NCBI GenBank assembly: GCA_041649575.1
Contig: JBAZMW010000001.1
Span: forward strand, 210,001-242,000
Length of the DNA stretch: 32,000 nucleotides
Direction of reading: 5' to 3'
Source: Patescibacteria group bacterium
GTDB lineage: Bacteria > Patescibacteriota > Patescibacteriia > 2-01-FULL-39-33
Each line of letters begins with the position of its first letter. The stretch's first letter is position 1. Below, one piece after another: positions 16,559 to 24,967 of this stretch. Under the pieces are notes generated by a model. The model saw only the letters and a list, made by a program, of their open reading frames with translations, was not told the DNA's origin and did no database searches. Position numbers and translations under genes: made by a program.

Positions 16559-19210
16559 ATGTCGGAAAAAAAATTTGTCTATGCCTTCGAAGAAGGCAAT
16601 AAAGACATGAAGGAAATCTTGGGCGGCAAGGGCGCTAACCTGGCTGAAATGAGCAATTTGGGCATTAATGTGCCGCCGGGGTTTACCGTCACGACCGAGG
16701 TTTGCGATCTTTATTACAAAAGTAATAAGAGCTACCCCCAAGAAGCCAAGGAGCAAATTGCTCAAAAATTAAGACAGCTCGAAGAAAAGATGGGCAAAAA
16801 GCTGGGTGAACCCAACGACCCATTGCTGGTTTCGGTAAGAAGCGGCGCCGCTTCTTCTATGCCGGGCATGATGGATACGATTTTAAACCTAGGCCTTAAT
16901 GATCAATCAGTTTTGGGTTTGGCCGCAAAGACCGGCAATAATCGTTTTGCTTGGGATTCCTACCGCCGTTTGATTCAAATGATGGGTAATGTGGTTTTGG
17001 GCCTGGAGCACCATGAATTTGAAGAAATTTTGGAGAATATAAAAGACACCAAGGGCGCTAAATATGATACCGACTTGACTACCGAAGATCTGCAAGAGCT
17101 GGTACGACGTTATAAAGCCAAAATCAAGGAAAAGACGGGCAGTGATTTTCCGCAGACTCCTTTAGAACAGTTGCAACTTTCCATTGACGCGGTTTTTAAC
17201 TCCTGGAACAACTATCGTGCCATCAGATACCGCGAGATTAACAACATCAGAGGTTTAATCGGAACGGCGGTCAACATTCAGGCGATGGTGTTTGGTAATT
17301 TGGGCGAGGATTCCGGTACGGGTGTTTGTTTTACCCGCAATCCTTCGACTGGCGAGGCCAAGTTTTATGGTGAATATCTGATGAACGCCCAGGGCGAGGA
17401 TGTGGTGGCCGGGATTCGCACGCCGCAGCCGGTAGAAAGACTTAATGAGCAGCTGCCAGAAATTTATAGGGAATTAGTGGATGTTTGCAATAAGGTGGAA
17501 AAACATTATCGCGATATGCAAGATATGGAATTTACCATTCAACGCGGCCGTTTGTATATTTTGCAAGCTCGCGTCGGCAAGAGAACCGCTACTGCAGCCG
17601 TCAATATCGCCGTGGATATGGTGAATGAGAATCTGATTTCTAAGATCGAAGCAATTTTAAGGGTTGACCCCAACCAATTGAACCAGCTGCTCCATAAACA
17701 GCTGGATCCGCTGGCCAAGCAAGAGGCAGAAGTGGTAGCGCAGGGTTTGCCGGCTTCACCTGGCGCGGCAGTCGGGGAAATAGTTTTTACCGCGGCCGAA
17801 GCGTATGAGAAAGCTCGCACCGGCATTGACGTGGTTTTGGTGCGCACCGAAACTTCGCCGGAAGATATTGATGGCATGCATGCGGCCAAGGGAATTTTGA
17901 CCGCTCGCGGCGGCATGACCTCTCATGCGGCTGTGGTGGCCCGCGGCATGGGTACTTGTTGTGTGGCTGGTTGCGGCGATGTCATTATCGATGAAAGAGC
18001 CAAAACCCTAACCATCAAAGACAAGGGCATTATTTTGAGGGAAGGAGACTTCATTACCCTGGACGGCTCCGATGGCAAGGTTTACTTGGGCCGGCTGACC
18101 ACCAAAGATCCGGATATGTCCGGCAATTTTGGCAAGTTGATGGGTTGGGCCGATGAAGTCAGAAAAATCAATGTCCGCACCAATGCCGACACGCCGCATG
18201 ATGCTCAGGTGGCCAGAAGTTTCGGCGCCGAAGGCATCGGTTTGTGCCGCACCGAGCACATGTTCTTTGAGGGCGATAGAATCAAGGCGGTGCGGGAAAT
18301 GATTTTGTCTAGCAACGTGGAGGGCCGCCAAAAGGCCTTGGCCAAGTTATTGCCTTATCAAAAAGAAGATTTTATTGGCTTGTTCCATGCTATGGAAGGT
18401 TTTCCGGTGACCGTGCGTTTGCTCGATCCGCCACTGCACGAATTTTTGCCCACTGAAGAAAAGGACATCTATGAATTGGCTCGGGAAATGGAAGTGGATG
18501 TCGGCACCTTGAAAGCCAAAATTTCCGATTTGCATGAATTCAATCCGATGTTGGGGCATCGCGGTTGCCGACTGGCCATCACTTATCCGGAAATTTACGA
18601 TATGCAAGTGACGGCGATTATCGAAGCGGCTATAGAGGTGGGACAAAAGTGTCCCAAGTGCGGCCGTTCCAGCGAGATCAGGCCGGAAATCATGATTCCA
18701 CTGGTGGCGACTACCAAAGAGTTTTCTATTTTAAAACAAAGAACAGTGGAAATAGTGGAAAAGAAATTAGCCGAGGCCGGCGTCAAGATTGTTTATAAGA
18801 TCGGCACGATGATCGAAGTGCCCAGAGCGGCTTTGGTTGCCGACAAGATCGTGGAAGCCGGAGCGGAGTTTTTCTCCTTTGGCACCAACGACTTGACCCA
18901 GATGGGCGCCGGACTGTCCCGCGACGATGCCGGCAAATTCCTTAAGGAATATGTGGCTCAAGGTATTTATGAATATGATCCGTTTGAAGTCTTGGATCAG
19001 GAGGGTATTGGCGAACTTATCCGTATTGCCATCAAGAAAGGCAGGGGAGTCAAGAGTGATTTGAAAGTTGGTATCTGCGGCGAGCACGGCGGCGAACCGC
19101 AGACCGTGGAGTTCTGTCATCGTGAAGGATTTAATTATGTTTCCTGCTCGCCTTTCCGCGTACCGATTGCCAGACTGGCGGCGGCGCAGGCAGCAGTGAA
19201 GGAAAAGTAA
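16559..19210 (+). CDS. ppdK: Pyruvate, phosphate dikinase
   Basis: 883 aa. GGKGANLAEM N-terminus, catalytic His motif GGMTSHAAVVARGMG, C-terminal PEP-utilising GICGE motif. Confidence 0.95.
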   Translation: MSEKKFVYAFEEGNKDMKEILGGKGANLAEMSNLGINVPPGFTVTTEVCDLYYKSNKSYPQEAKEQIAQKLRQLEEKMGKKLGEPNDPLLVSVRSGAASSMPGMMDTILNLGLNDQSVLGLAAKTGNNRFAWDSYRRLIQMMGNVVLGLEHHEFEEILENIKDTKGAKYDTDLTTEDLQELVRRYKAKIKEKTGSDFPQTPLEQLQLSIDAVFNSWNNYRAIRYREINNIRGLIGTAVNIQAMVFGNLGEDSGTGVCFTRNPSTGEAKFYGEYLMNAQGEDVVAGIRTPQPVERLNEQLPEIYRELVDVCNKVEKHYRDMQDMEFTIQRGRLYILQARVGKRTATAAVNIAVDMVNENLISKIEAILRVDPNQLNQLLHKQLDPLAKQEAEVVAQGLPASPGAAVGEIVFTAAEAYEKARTGIDVVLVRTETSPEDIDGMHAAKGILTARGGMTSHAAVVARGMGTCCVAGCGDVIIDERAKTLTIKDKGIILREGDFITLDGSDGKVYLGRLTTKDPDMSGNFGKLMGWADEVRKINVRTNADTPHDAQVARSFGAEGIGLCRTEHMFFEGDRIKAVREMILSSNVEGRQKALAKLLPYQKEDFIGLFHAMEGFPVTVRLLDPPLHEFLPTEEKDIYELAREMEVDVGTLKAKISDLHEFNPMLGHRGCRLAITYPEIYDMQVTAIIEAAIEVGQKCPKCGRSSEIRPEIMIPLVATTKEFSILKQRTVEIVEKKLAEAGVKIVYKIGTMIEVPRAALVADKIVEAGAEFFSFGTNDLTQMGAGLSRDDAGKFLKEYVAQGIYEYDPFEVLDQEGIGELIRIAIKKGRGVKSDLKVGICGEHGGEPQTVEFCHREGFNYVSCSPFRVPIARLAAAQAAVKEK

Positions 19211-19234
19211 AAATAATACAAAAGGTTATTATAA

Positions 19235-19266
19235 GGGCGGTCCTTGTGGCCGCCCCGTTTTTTGTT
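19235..19266 (+). terminator. Intrinsic terminator after ppdK
   Basis: GGGCGG (19235-19240) / CCGCCC (19250-19255), followed by CGTTTTTTGTT. Confidence 0.75.
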
Positions 19267-19381
19267 GTCATTCCGACCGAGTCCAGCCCTGTACAGCGGG
19301 CTGGACGAGTGGAGGAATCCCTTTAAATAGAATTTAAGGGATCCCTCCACGCGCTCACTTCGTGAGTTTGGTCGGGATGAC
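19267..19381. repeat. Nested palindromic repeat element (GTCATTCCGACC type)
   Basis: GTCATTCCGACC (19267-19278) / GGTCGGGATGAC (19370-19381). Inner hairpins GTCCAGCCC..GGGCTGGAC and GTGGAGGAATCCCTTTAAA..TTTAAGGGATCCCTCCAC. Confidence 0.7.
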
Positions 19382-19401
19382 AATAAAAAATATTTTCATA
19401 T

Positions 19402-19451
19402 AAAAAAAATCGACCCCGCACCTAGTTGCTTGTTCAGCTTTCGGTGCGGGG
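19402..19451 (-). terminator. Intrinsic terminator of island gene D
   Basis: Minus strand: CCCCGCACC...GGTGCGGGG (9-bp stem; plus coordinates 19414-19422 / 19443-19451), followed by TCGA and T8. Confidence 0.8.
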
Positions 19452-19475
19452 GTGGACCAAGTTGCGATGGTGGCG

Positions 19476-19949
19476 TTACCTCTCGGGTGGTGGCAACCAA
19501 CCCACGAAGTCTTGATAGAGCCGCGGGTACATCCGTTCACGCCACAAAACGACTGGATCGTAGTCGGACACAGAAATCCCCTCGGCCTCGCAGAAAATCG
19601 TGATGTACGGCTCCTGGTGAACCAGGCCGCTACTAATATCGAGCCACCACATATCTTTCCGCGGCACTTGCTCGTGGTTGAGGTATTTCGTCAGCACTTC
19701 GGCGCGCCAGTTGGCGGTATCGCTTACTTCTACGGCTGTCGTGGCTTGGTGCTGCCGTGTGATTTCTTTGAGCAGCCAAAGAGTAGAAATAAACGTGGCA
19801 ATACAGAGGAGAACCAAGGATATTACCCATAAATAGCGGTAAAGTTTTCTCTGTATCTTCCGCGTAAGTAACACCACAAGCAGGGTGATAGTCGTCGCCA
19901 CAAAAGCCCAGGCGAAGACGACAGATAGAATAGACACAAACAGGTCCAT
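19476..19949 (-). CDS. Island gene D; membrane protein (2 N-terminal TM helices) with a C-terminal WWL-motif domain; paralog of 28794..29384
   Basis: GAAGGAG (19963-19957), 7 nt, then ATG at 19949. 157 aa. The segment WRAEVLTKYLNHEQVPRKDMWWLD...LWRERMYPRLYQ aligns with repeats in gene E. Ends with WLPPPER. Confidence 0.7.
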   Translation of the reverse strand: MDLFVSILSVVFAWAFVATTITLLVVLLTRKIQRKLYRYLWVISLVLLCIATFISTLWLLKEITRQHQATTAVEVSDTANWRAEVLTKYLNHEQVPRKDMWWLDISSGLVHQEPYITIFCEAEGISVSDYDPVVLWRERMYPRLYQDFVGWLPPPER

Positions 19950-20035
19950 TTCCAGACTCCTTCTATTTCGAATGTGCGTTAGACGATTCTTCTAGGCGAT
20001 CGTCACCAGCCTTCTGGTCATCAAATCATTATATA

Positions 20036-20064
20036 ATTATAGCATACATACAATATTTTGTCAA
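20036..20064 (-). promoter_or_regulatory. Promoter of island gene D
   Basis: Minus strand: TTGACA (20064-20059), 17-nt spacer ending in TGC, TATAAT (20041-20036). Preceded by CAATAAATAATA. Confidence 0.7.
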
Positions 20065-20124
20065 TATTATTTATTGTTTTTTTATGGAAAATATTAGTTG
20101 ATTTTGTTTAAAATAAGGTATTTT

Positions 20125-20340
20125 TTGTCACTTTTTATTTTTGCGAGCACTTGAAAATTCAGCCACAAAATCAAGCCAGTTGAGCGGTTCCGCCTTTTAG
20201 GCGGAAAGGCCATAACTGGAGCGTAGCGACTTTATGGCCTAGCGAAACTGGCGCCAGATTTTGTCTGAATTTATCAAATAGCTCGCGACTCTTTCTTTTG
20301 CGTCAGCTTTTCTTTCTCTTAGAGAAAGAAAAGTGACAAA
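20125..20340. repeat. Composite hairpin element, copy 2 (inverted relative to copy 1)
   Basis: GCGAGC (20143-20148) ... GCTCGCGAC (20281-20289) with long complementary arms. 12-bp hairpin CTTTTCTTTCTC-TTA-GAGAAAGAAAAG (20307-20333). Outer inverted repeat TTTGTCAC (20125-20132) / GTGACAAA (20333-20340). Confidence 0.7.
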
Positions 20341-20409
20341 CTGCATTAAAATACTTTATTATCTAACAAAATTATGCTAAAATAATAGAAATAAAAATCT
20401 CATCACTCT

Positions 20410-22497
20410 ATGTCAAAAAACAACAAGCTGAACAAATTTTTTCATCCCAAAAGCATTGCTTTAATCGGCGCTTCCAATCATGCTGGCAAGGTGGGTTATG
20501 ACATCATGCTTAACTTGTTAAAGAATTTCGACGGAGAAATTTATCCGATAAATTTGGATGACAAAGAAGTTCAGGGCAAAAAGGCTTACCCGACAGTCAC
20601 CAAATTAAAGGCAGCTCCGGATTTAGTGATTATTGTTATTCCGGCAGCTTTTGTTATCAAAGCAGTGACGGAATGTGGCCAGAAAGGTTGTAAAAACATC
20701 GTGATTATTTCTGCCGGCTTTAAGGAAGCAGGCGAAGAGGGAGTGAGGCTGGAGAAGCAACTGGTCGATTTAAAGAAAAAATATAAGTTAAAAATATTGG
20801 GGCCAAACTGCCTGGGTTATATTTCCACCAGTCCGGAGGTCAACGCTTCTTTTGCCAGGAGTTTTCCGCCCAAAGGCAAGGTGGCTTTTGTGTCGCAGTC
20901 CGGCGCTTTGGGTACGGCGGTTTTGGATATGGCCGAAGCGCAACAAGTCGGCCTGTCTTATTTCGTCAGCTTGGGCAATAAATGTGATTTAAGTGAACTA
21001 GACTTATTGCTCTATCTTAAAGATCATACTCCGACCAAGGTGATTACTATGTATTTAGAAAATATTATTGCTGGCCAGAAGTTCATGGCCTTGGCCAAAG
21101 AAGTGGCCAGAAAAAAACCAATAATTGTTTTGAAATCGGGCAAGACCGAAAAAGGACAGCGAGCGGTTTCTTCGCATACCGGCTCTTTGGCCGGTTCGGC
21201 TCGGGCCTACAGTACCGCTTTCAGCCAGTGCGGAATCATTGAAGCCGAAGATCTGGAGGACTTTTTCAACTATGCCGAAGGCTTGGCTTATCAGCCGCTA
21301 CCCGCCGGCAAAAGGGTGGCGGTGATTACCAATGCCGGAGGACCGGGGATACTGGTGACCGACTTGTTGCCGCCACACGGTTTGGAATTAGCAGAACTGT
21401 CTGGCGTCACTTTAAAAAGATTAAAAACCACTTTGCCGCCGGCGGCCAATATCCACAATCCAGTTGACGTTTTGGGCGATGCCAAAGCCGATCGCTACGC
21501 TTTGGCGATCGAGGCGGCCCTAAAAGACAAAAACGTCGATAGTCTGATCGTGGTTTTGACGCCGCAGAAGATGACAGAAATAAAACAGACGGCCGAGGCG
21601 GCTGGACGCTTGAGCCGCAAATACAAAAAAACCACCGCTTTGTGTTTTATGGGCGAGGCGGAAATTACCAAATATTATGATGTTTACAAAAAATATTCCC
21701 TGCCGCAGTTTAATTTTCCGCTGCAGGCGGTAAAAGTTTTGGGAAAAATGTGGCAATACAGCTGGCAAAAGACACAAACGGTTTCCCAAAAGACATTTTT
21801 TAAACCGGACAAAAAAATGATTAATCAGGGAAACAAACTTTTGCGGAAAAAGGAAATAACCGAAGATAGCGCCAGAGAAATTTTGGCCCGGTTTGACTTT
21901 CCTTTGCATCGGGCGCTACTGGTTAAAAATGTTCAGCCAGCAATCTTAGCAGCCAAGAAAATTGGCTACCCCATCGCTCTGAAGGTGGTATCGCCACAGG
22001 TGATACACAAGTCAGAGGCCGGAGGGGTAAAGATTAATATAAAAAGCGATGAAGAGCTGAAAAAGGCGGTTTTGGAGATGAAAGAAAAAGTTTTAAAGAA
22101 GTATCCGCAAGCCAAAATTAATGGTTATTTGGTGGGGGAGATGGTCAAAGGGCTGGAGCTGATTATTGGCATGAAGCGTGATCCGCAATTCGGGCCGCTA
22201 CTGATGGTTGGTTTGGGCGGAATTTATACTGAAGTTTTCCAGGACGTGGCTTTTGGTATTGCGCCGCTGCAAAAGGAAGCCGCCTTAAAGATGATCGGGA
22301 GCTTAAAAATCTATCCGATTATGAAAGGAGTTCGTGGTCAGCGGGCGGCGGACATCGAGGCGCTGGCAGAGATCATAGTAAAATTGTCGGAATTTAGTTT
22401 GAATTATCCGCAAATCAAAGAAATTGATTTTAATCCGGTGATACTGAAAGCCAAGGGCCAGGGCGGCACAATTGTAGATCTGCGGCTATTAAAATAA
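20410..22497 (+). CDS. ADP-forming acetyl-CoA synthetase (acetate--CoA ligase), fused alpha/beta domains
   Basis: 695 aa. N-terminal CoA-binding domain (KSIALIGASN), SHTGSLAG phosphohistidine-loop region, C-terminal ATP-grasp domain. Confidence 0.9.
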   Translation: MSKNNKLNKFFHPKSIALIGASNHAGKVGYDIMLNLLKNFDGEIYPINLDDKEVQGKKAYPTVTKLKAAPDLVIIVIPAAFVIKAVTECGQKGCKNIVIISAGFKEAGEEGVRLEKQLVDLKKKYKLKILGPNCLGYISTSPEVNASFARSFPPKGKVAFVSQSGALGTAVLDMAEAQQVGLSYFVSLGNKCDLSELDLLLYLKDHTPTKVITMYLENIIAGQKFMALAKEVARKKPIIVLKSGKTEKGQRAVSSHTGSLAGSARAYSTAFSQCGIIEAEDLEDFFNYAEGLAYQPLPAGKRVAVITNAGGPGILVTDLLPPHGLELAELSGVTLKRLKTTLPPAANIHNPVDVLGDAKADRYALAIEAALKDKNVDSLIVVLTPQKMTEIKQTAEAAGRLSRKYKKTTALCFMGEAEITKYYDVYKKYSLPQFNFPLQAVKVLGKMWQYSWQKTQTVSQKTFFKPDKKMINQGNKLLRKKEITEDSAREILARFDFPLHRALLVKNVQPAILAAKKIGYPIALKVVSPQVIHKSEAGGVKINIKSDEELKKAVLEMKEKVLKKYPQAKINGYLVGEMVKGLELIIGMKRDPQFGPLLMVGLGGIYTEVFQDVAFGIAPLQKEAALKMIGSLKIYPIMKGVRGQRAADIEALAEIIVKLSEFSLNYPQIKEIDFNPVILKAKGQGGTIVDLRLLK

Positions 22498-22505
22498 TTA
22501 ACCGG

Positions 22506-24197
22506 GTGTTTAAAAGATTAATCAACTCTAATTCAAAGTCAATTACTTCGGCGGCGATAATTATCGGCGGCCTGTCTTTGGTCAGTCGTTTGGTGGGAAT
22601 TTTGCGGGACAGAATTTTGGCCAGTGAGTTCGGAGCCGGCGACGTGCTAGACGCCTACTATGCCGCTTTTCGCCTGCCGGACTTTGTTTACAATTTGATA
22701 ATCCTAGGCGCGGTTTCGGCGGGGTTGATACCGGTGTTTACCTCGCTATTGACTAAAAATCAGAAACAAGAAGCCTGGAAGCTCATAAATAGCATCCTTA
22801 ATTTGTTATCTATCGGACTGATTGTCGCTTGCGTAATTCTTTTTATTACGGCGCCGTGGCTGATGCCTTTGGTCACGCCAGGATTTTCTCAAGCCAAACT
22901 GAAGCTGGTGGTTGGATTGTCGCAAATTATGTTTTTAAGCCCGATATTTTTGGGAATATCGGCAATTTTTGGTTCGGTTTTACAATCCTTTAGGCGGTTT
23001 TTTGCCTATTCCATCGCACCGATTTTTTATAATGTCGGCATCATTATTGGCGCTCTATTTTTCGTCAAGTGGTGGGGTGTTTATGGCCTGGCCTGGGGCG
23101 TGGTTCTGGGCGCCCTGCTTCACCTGATTATTCAATTGGCCCCGATTTTTTTGACCGGTTATAAATATACCCTTGACCTAAATTTAAAAAATAAAAACGT
23201 TATTCAGGTTGGCAAATTAATGTTGCCGCGGACTTTGAGCCTGCTGATTACTCAAATCAATTTTTTGATCATTACCATAGTGGCTTCAACCCTGGCAGTC
23301 GGCAGTTTGGCGATTTTTAATTTATCGAATAATTTACAGAATTTCCCGTTGGGAATTTTTGGCGTCTCGCTGGCGGTGGCGGCCTTACCGGTTTTGTCTT
23401 CGCTCTGGGCCGAGAAGAAAAAAAATGAATTTGTGGCCACTATTTCCACTACTTTCAGGCAGACGTTGTTTTTTATTGTGCCAACTTCGGTGTTAATGTA
23501 CGTGCTTAGGGCGCAAATCGTCCGCGTTATTTTGGGCGCCGGCAATTTCAATTGGTACGACACCAGATTAACCGCAGCCAGTTTGGCAATTTTTTGCCTG
23601 GGACTGTTCGCCCAAGGCGCTTTCCCTCTGATTATTCGCGGTTTTTATGCCTTGCATAACACCAAAACCCCGTTCTACATTGGCCTGGCCACCATGGTTG
23701 TCAATTTTTTATCACTGATATTTTTCCGCTGGCTTTATAGTTTTCATAACGGCTGGTTGTTTTTTACCACGGCGATTTTGAGAATTGACGATTTGTCGCA
23801 ACTAGTGGATTTCCGGGTTTTGGCTCTGCCGGCGGCAATCACGGTTTCTTCGGTTTTTGAATTATTGGCGCTGATGATTTATCTAAGAAAAATAATTGGG
23901 CGGCTGGACGGCCGGAAAATTTTGGATTCGGTTTTCAGAATCTTATTTGCTTCCTTGGGGGCGGGACTGTTTGCCTACGGCACCTTGCAGATTATGGAGA
24001 AGTTTGTGCGGACCGAAACTTTCGTTGGTATTTTTACCCAAGGCTTATTGGCCGGGCTAATTGGTTTGGCCGGTTATTGGCTGATAGGATTTTTGTTGCG
24101 GATGGAGGAAATGGCGATTTTTATGTCTTCGATAAAACGCAAACTGTTTAAGTCGGCGCGGGTAGTGGCTGAAGATAATCTGGGTGAAGCGGATTAA
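22506..24197 (+). CDS. murJ: Lipid II flippase MurJ (MviN family)
   Basis: 563 aa, polytopic. N-terminus ...SRLVGILRDRILASEFGAGDVLDAYYAAFRLPD is typical of MurJ. GTG start 8 nt after the preceding stop. Confidence 0.9.
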   Translation: MFKRLINSNSKSITSAAIIIGGLSLVSRLVGILRDRILASEFGAGDVLDAYYAAFRLPDFVYNLIILGAVSAGLIPVFTSLLTKNQKQEAWKLINSILNLLSIGLIVACVILFITAPWLMPLVTPGFSQAKLKLVVGLSQIMFLSPIFLGISAIFGSVLQSFRRFFAYSIAPIFYNVGIIIGALFFVKWWGVYGLAWGVVLGALLHLIIQLAPIFLTGYKYTLDLNLKNKNVIQVGKLMLPRTLSLLITQINFLIITIVASTLAVGSLAIFNLSNNLQNFPLGIFGVSLAVAALPVLSSLWAEKKKNEFVATISTTFRQTLFFIVPTSVLMYVLRAQIVRVILGAGNFNWYDTRLTAASLAIFCLGLFAQGAFPLIIRGFYALHNTKTPFYIGLATMVVNFLSLIFFRWLYSFHNGWLFFTTAILRIDDLSQLVDFRVLALPAAITVSSVFELLALMIYLRKIIGRLDGRKILDSVFRILFASLGAGLFAYGTLQIMEKFVRTETFVGIFTQGLLAGLIGLAGYWLIGFLLRMEEMAIFMSSIKRKLFKSARVVAEDNLGEAD

Positions 24198-24207
24198 TTT
24201 TTTTTTC

Positions 24208-24260
24208 TTAAAATAAACAAGCCAGCGATACTCTTCTCCGAAGAGAAATTTCTCGCTGGC
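24208..24260 (-). terminator. Intrinsic terminator of island gene F
   Basis: Minus strand: GCCAGCGA...TCGCTGGC outer stem (24260-24253 / 24228-24221) and inner CTCTTC/GAAGAG, followed by TTGTTTATTTT. Confidence 0.7.
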
Positions 24261-24284
24261 AGGTAGTTCGTGGCTTTGCAGCCT

Positions 24285-24479
24285 TTAGGGAGGTGGTAGT
24301 TCGTTCATCAGGTTGGCCACAAGCATCAGCACGATGCCAATGGCGACTGCGACGGCTATGACCGTTTTGACCAGCCTTGTTTTGCGGCGGAAACGAAGGA
24401 AGAGGAAGTCGATGAGGAAGACGACTGCGCACAGGACGAGGCCGCCCCAAAACATTACGCTAGCCCAGTTGATATTCAT
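24285..24479 (-). CDS. Island gene F; 64-aa two-TM membrane protein
   Basis: AGGAG (24491-24487), 7 nt, then ATG at 24479. Product MNINWASVMFWGGLVLCAVVFLIDFLFLRFRRKTRLVKTVIAVAVAIGIVLMLVANLMNELPPP. Confidence 0.65.
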   Translation of the reverse strand: MNINWASVMFWGGLVLCAVVFLIDFLFLRFRRKTRLVKTVIAVAVAIGIVLMLVANLMNELPPP

Positions 24480-24540
24480 AGTAACGCTCCTGTCGGCTTA
24501 GAGCCGGTTGATGGCCATGGCTTCGAAAGTACAACAAACA

Positions 24541-24569
24541 ATTTTAGCAAATAGATTTATATTTGTCAA
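24541..24569 (-). promoter_or_regulatory. Promoter of island gene F
   Basis: Minus strand: TTGACA (24569-24564), 17-nt spacer ending in TGC, TAAAAT (24546-24541). Confidence 0.7.
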
Positions 24570-24581
24570 TTCAATTTTTAT

Positions 24582-24818
24582 AAAAAAATGACGGGGCACG
24601 ATCCTTGCGGACGTACCCCTGACATGTAGTCGGATTTCTCCACACCGCGGCGGTGCGAAGAGCGCCTGCAGACTACATTGCATGTCTTTGGCCGACTCGC
24701 CGGTTAGAGCGAGTTGTCGGAGCACCATGGTTGGGCCCGTTGCATAAGACCTGTGCAACGGACCGATGGTTACCCCTAGGCAGAGATAGGTGCTCTGTCT
24801 CACCTAGAAAGTACTAAC
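24582..24818 (-). ncRNA. Candidate ~237-nt structured non-coding RNA of unknown family
   Basis: Has its own consensus promoter and intrinsic terminator (GGGGTACG..CGTGCCCC, then GTCA and T7). At least four internal hairpins. No SD or convincing ORF. The 101-aa track ORF reads through the terminator and the next promoter. Confidence 0.5.
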
Positions 24819-24824
24819 ATAGCC

Positions 24825-24853
24825 ATTATAGCACACAGGTATATTTTTGTCAA
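24825..24853 (-). promoter_or_regulatory. Promoter of the candidate ncRNA
   Basis: Minus strand: TTGACA (24853-24848), 17-nt spacer ending in TGC, TATAAT (24830-24825). Preceded by CAATAAATGGCTA. Confidence 0.7.
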
Positions 24854-24919
24854 TAGCCATTTATTGATAATTTATATAAATTTGTTAAATATTATCTAAA
24901 TTTAAACAAAATAAAATAT

Positions 24920-24948
24920 TTGATAAAGACGGTATTTTTTGCTAAAAT
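24920..24948 (+). promoter_or_regulatory. Promoter of lepA
   Basis: TTGATA (24920-24925), 17-nt spacer ending in TGC, TAAAAT (24943-24948). Leader of about 12-19 nt with no SD. Confidence 0.6.
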
Positions 24949-24967
24949 CTAATAATATCTTTATCTT

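Noticed and set aside
24498-24803. 101-aa minus-strand ORF (MRQSTYLCLGV...) from the ORF track
   Set aside because: It has a GTG start without an SD. It reads straight through an intrinsic terminator and the promoter of the next gene, and its composition looks out-of-frame. The region is better explained as a structured ncRNA.
24582-24818. Assigning the candidate ncRNA to SRP RNA, tmRNA, 6S RNA or a hammerhead ribozyme
   Set aside because: There is no GGAA/AGCA helix-8 motif, no tRNA-like ends or tag ORF, no end-to-end duplex with a central bubble, and no CUGAUGA..GAAA core. Only a superficial GTCAGG..GCAA..GGA similarity lies in what is more simply the terminator hairpin.
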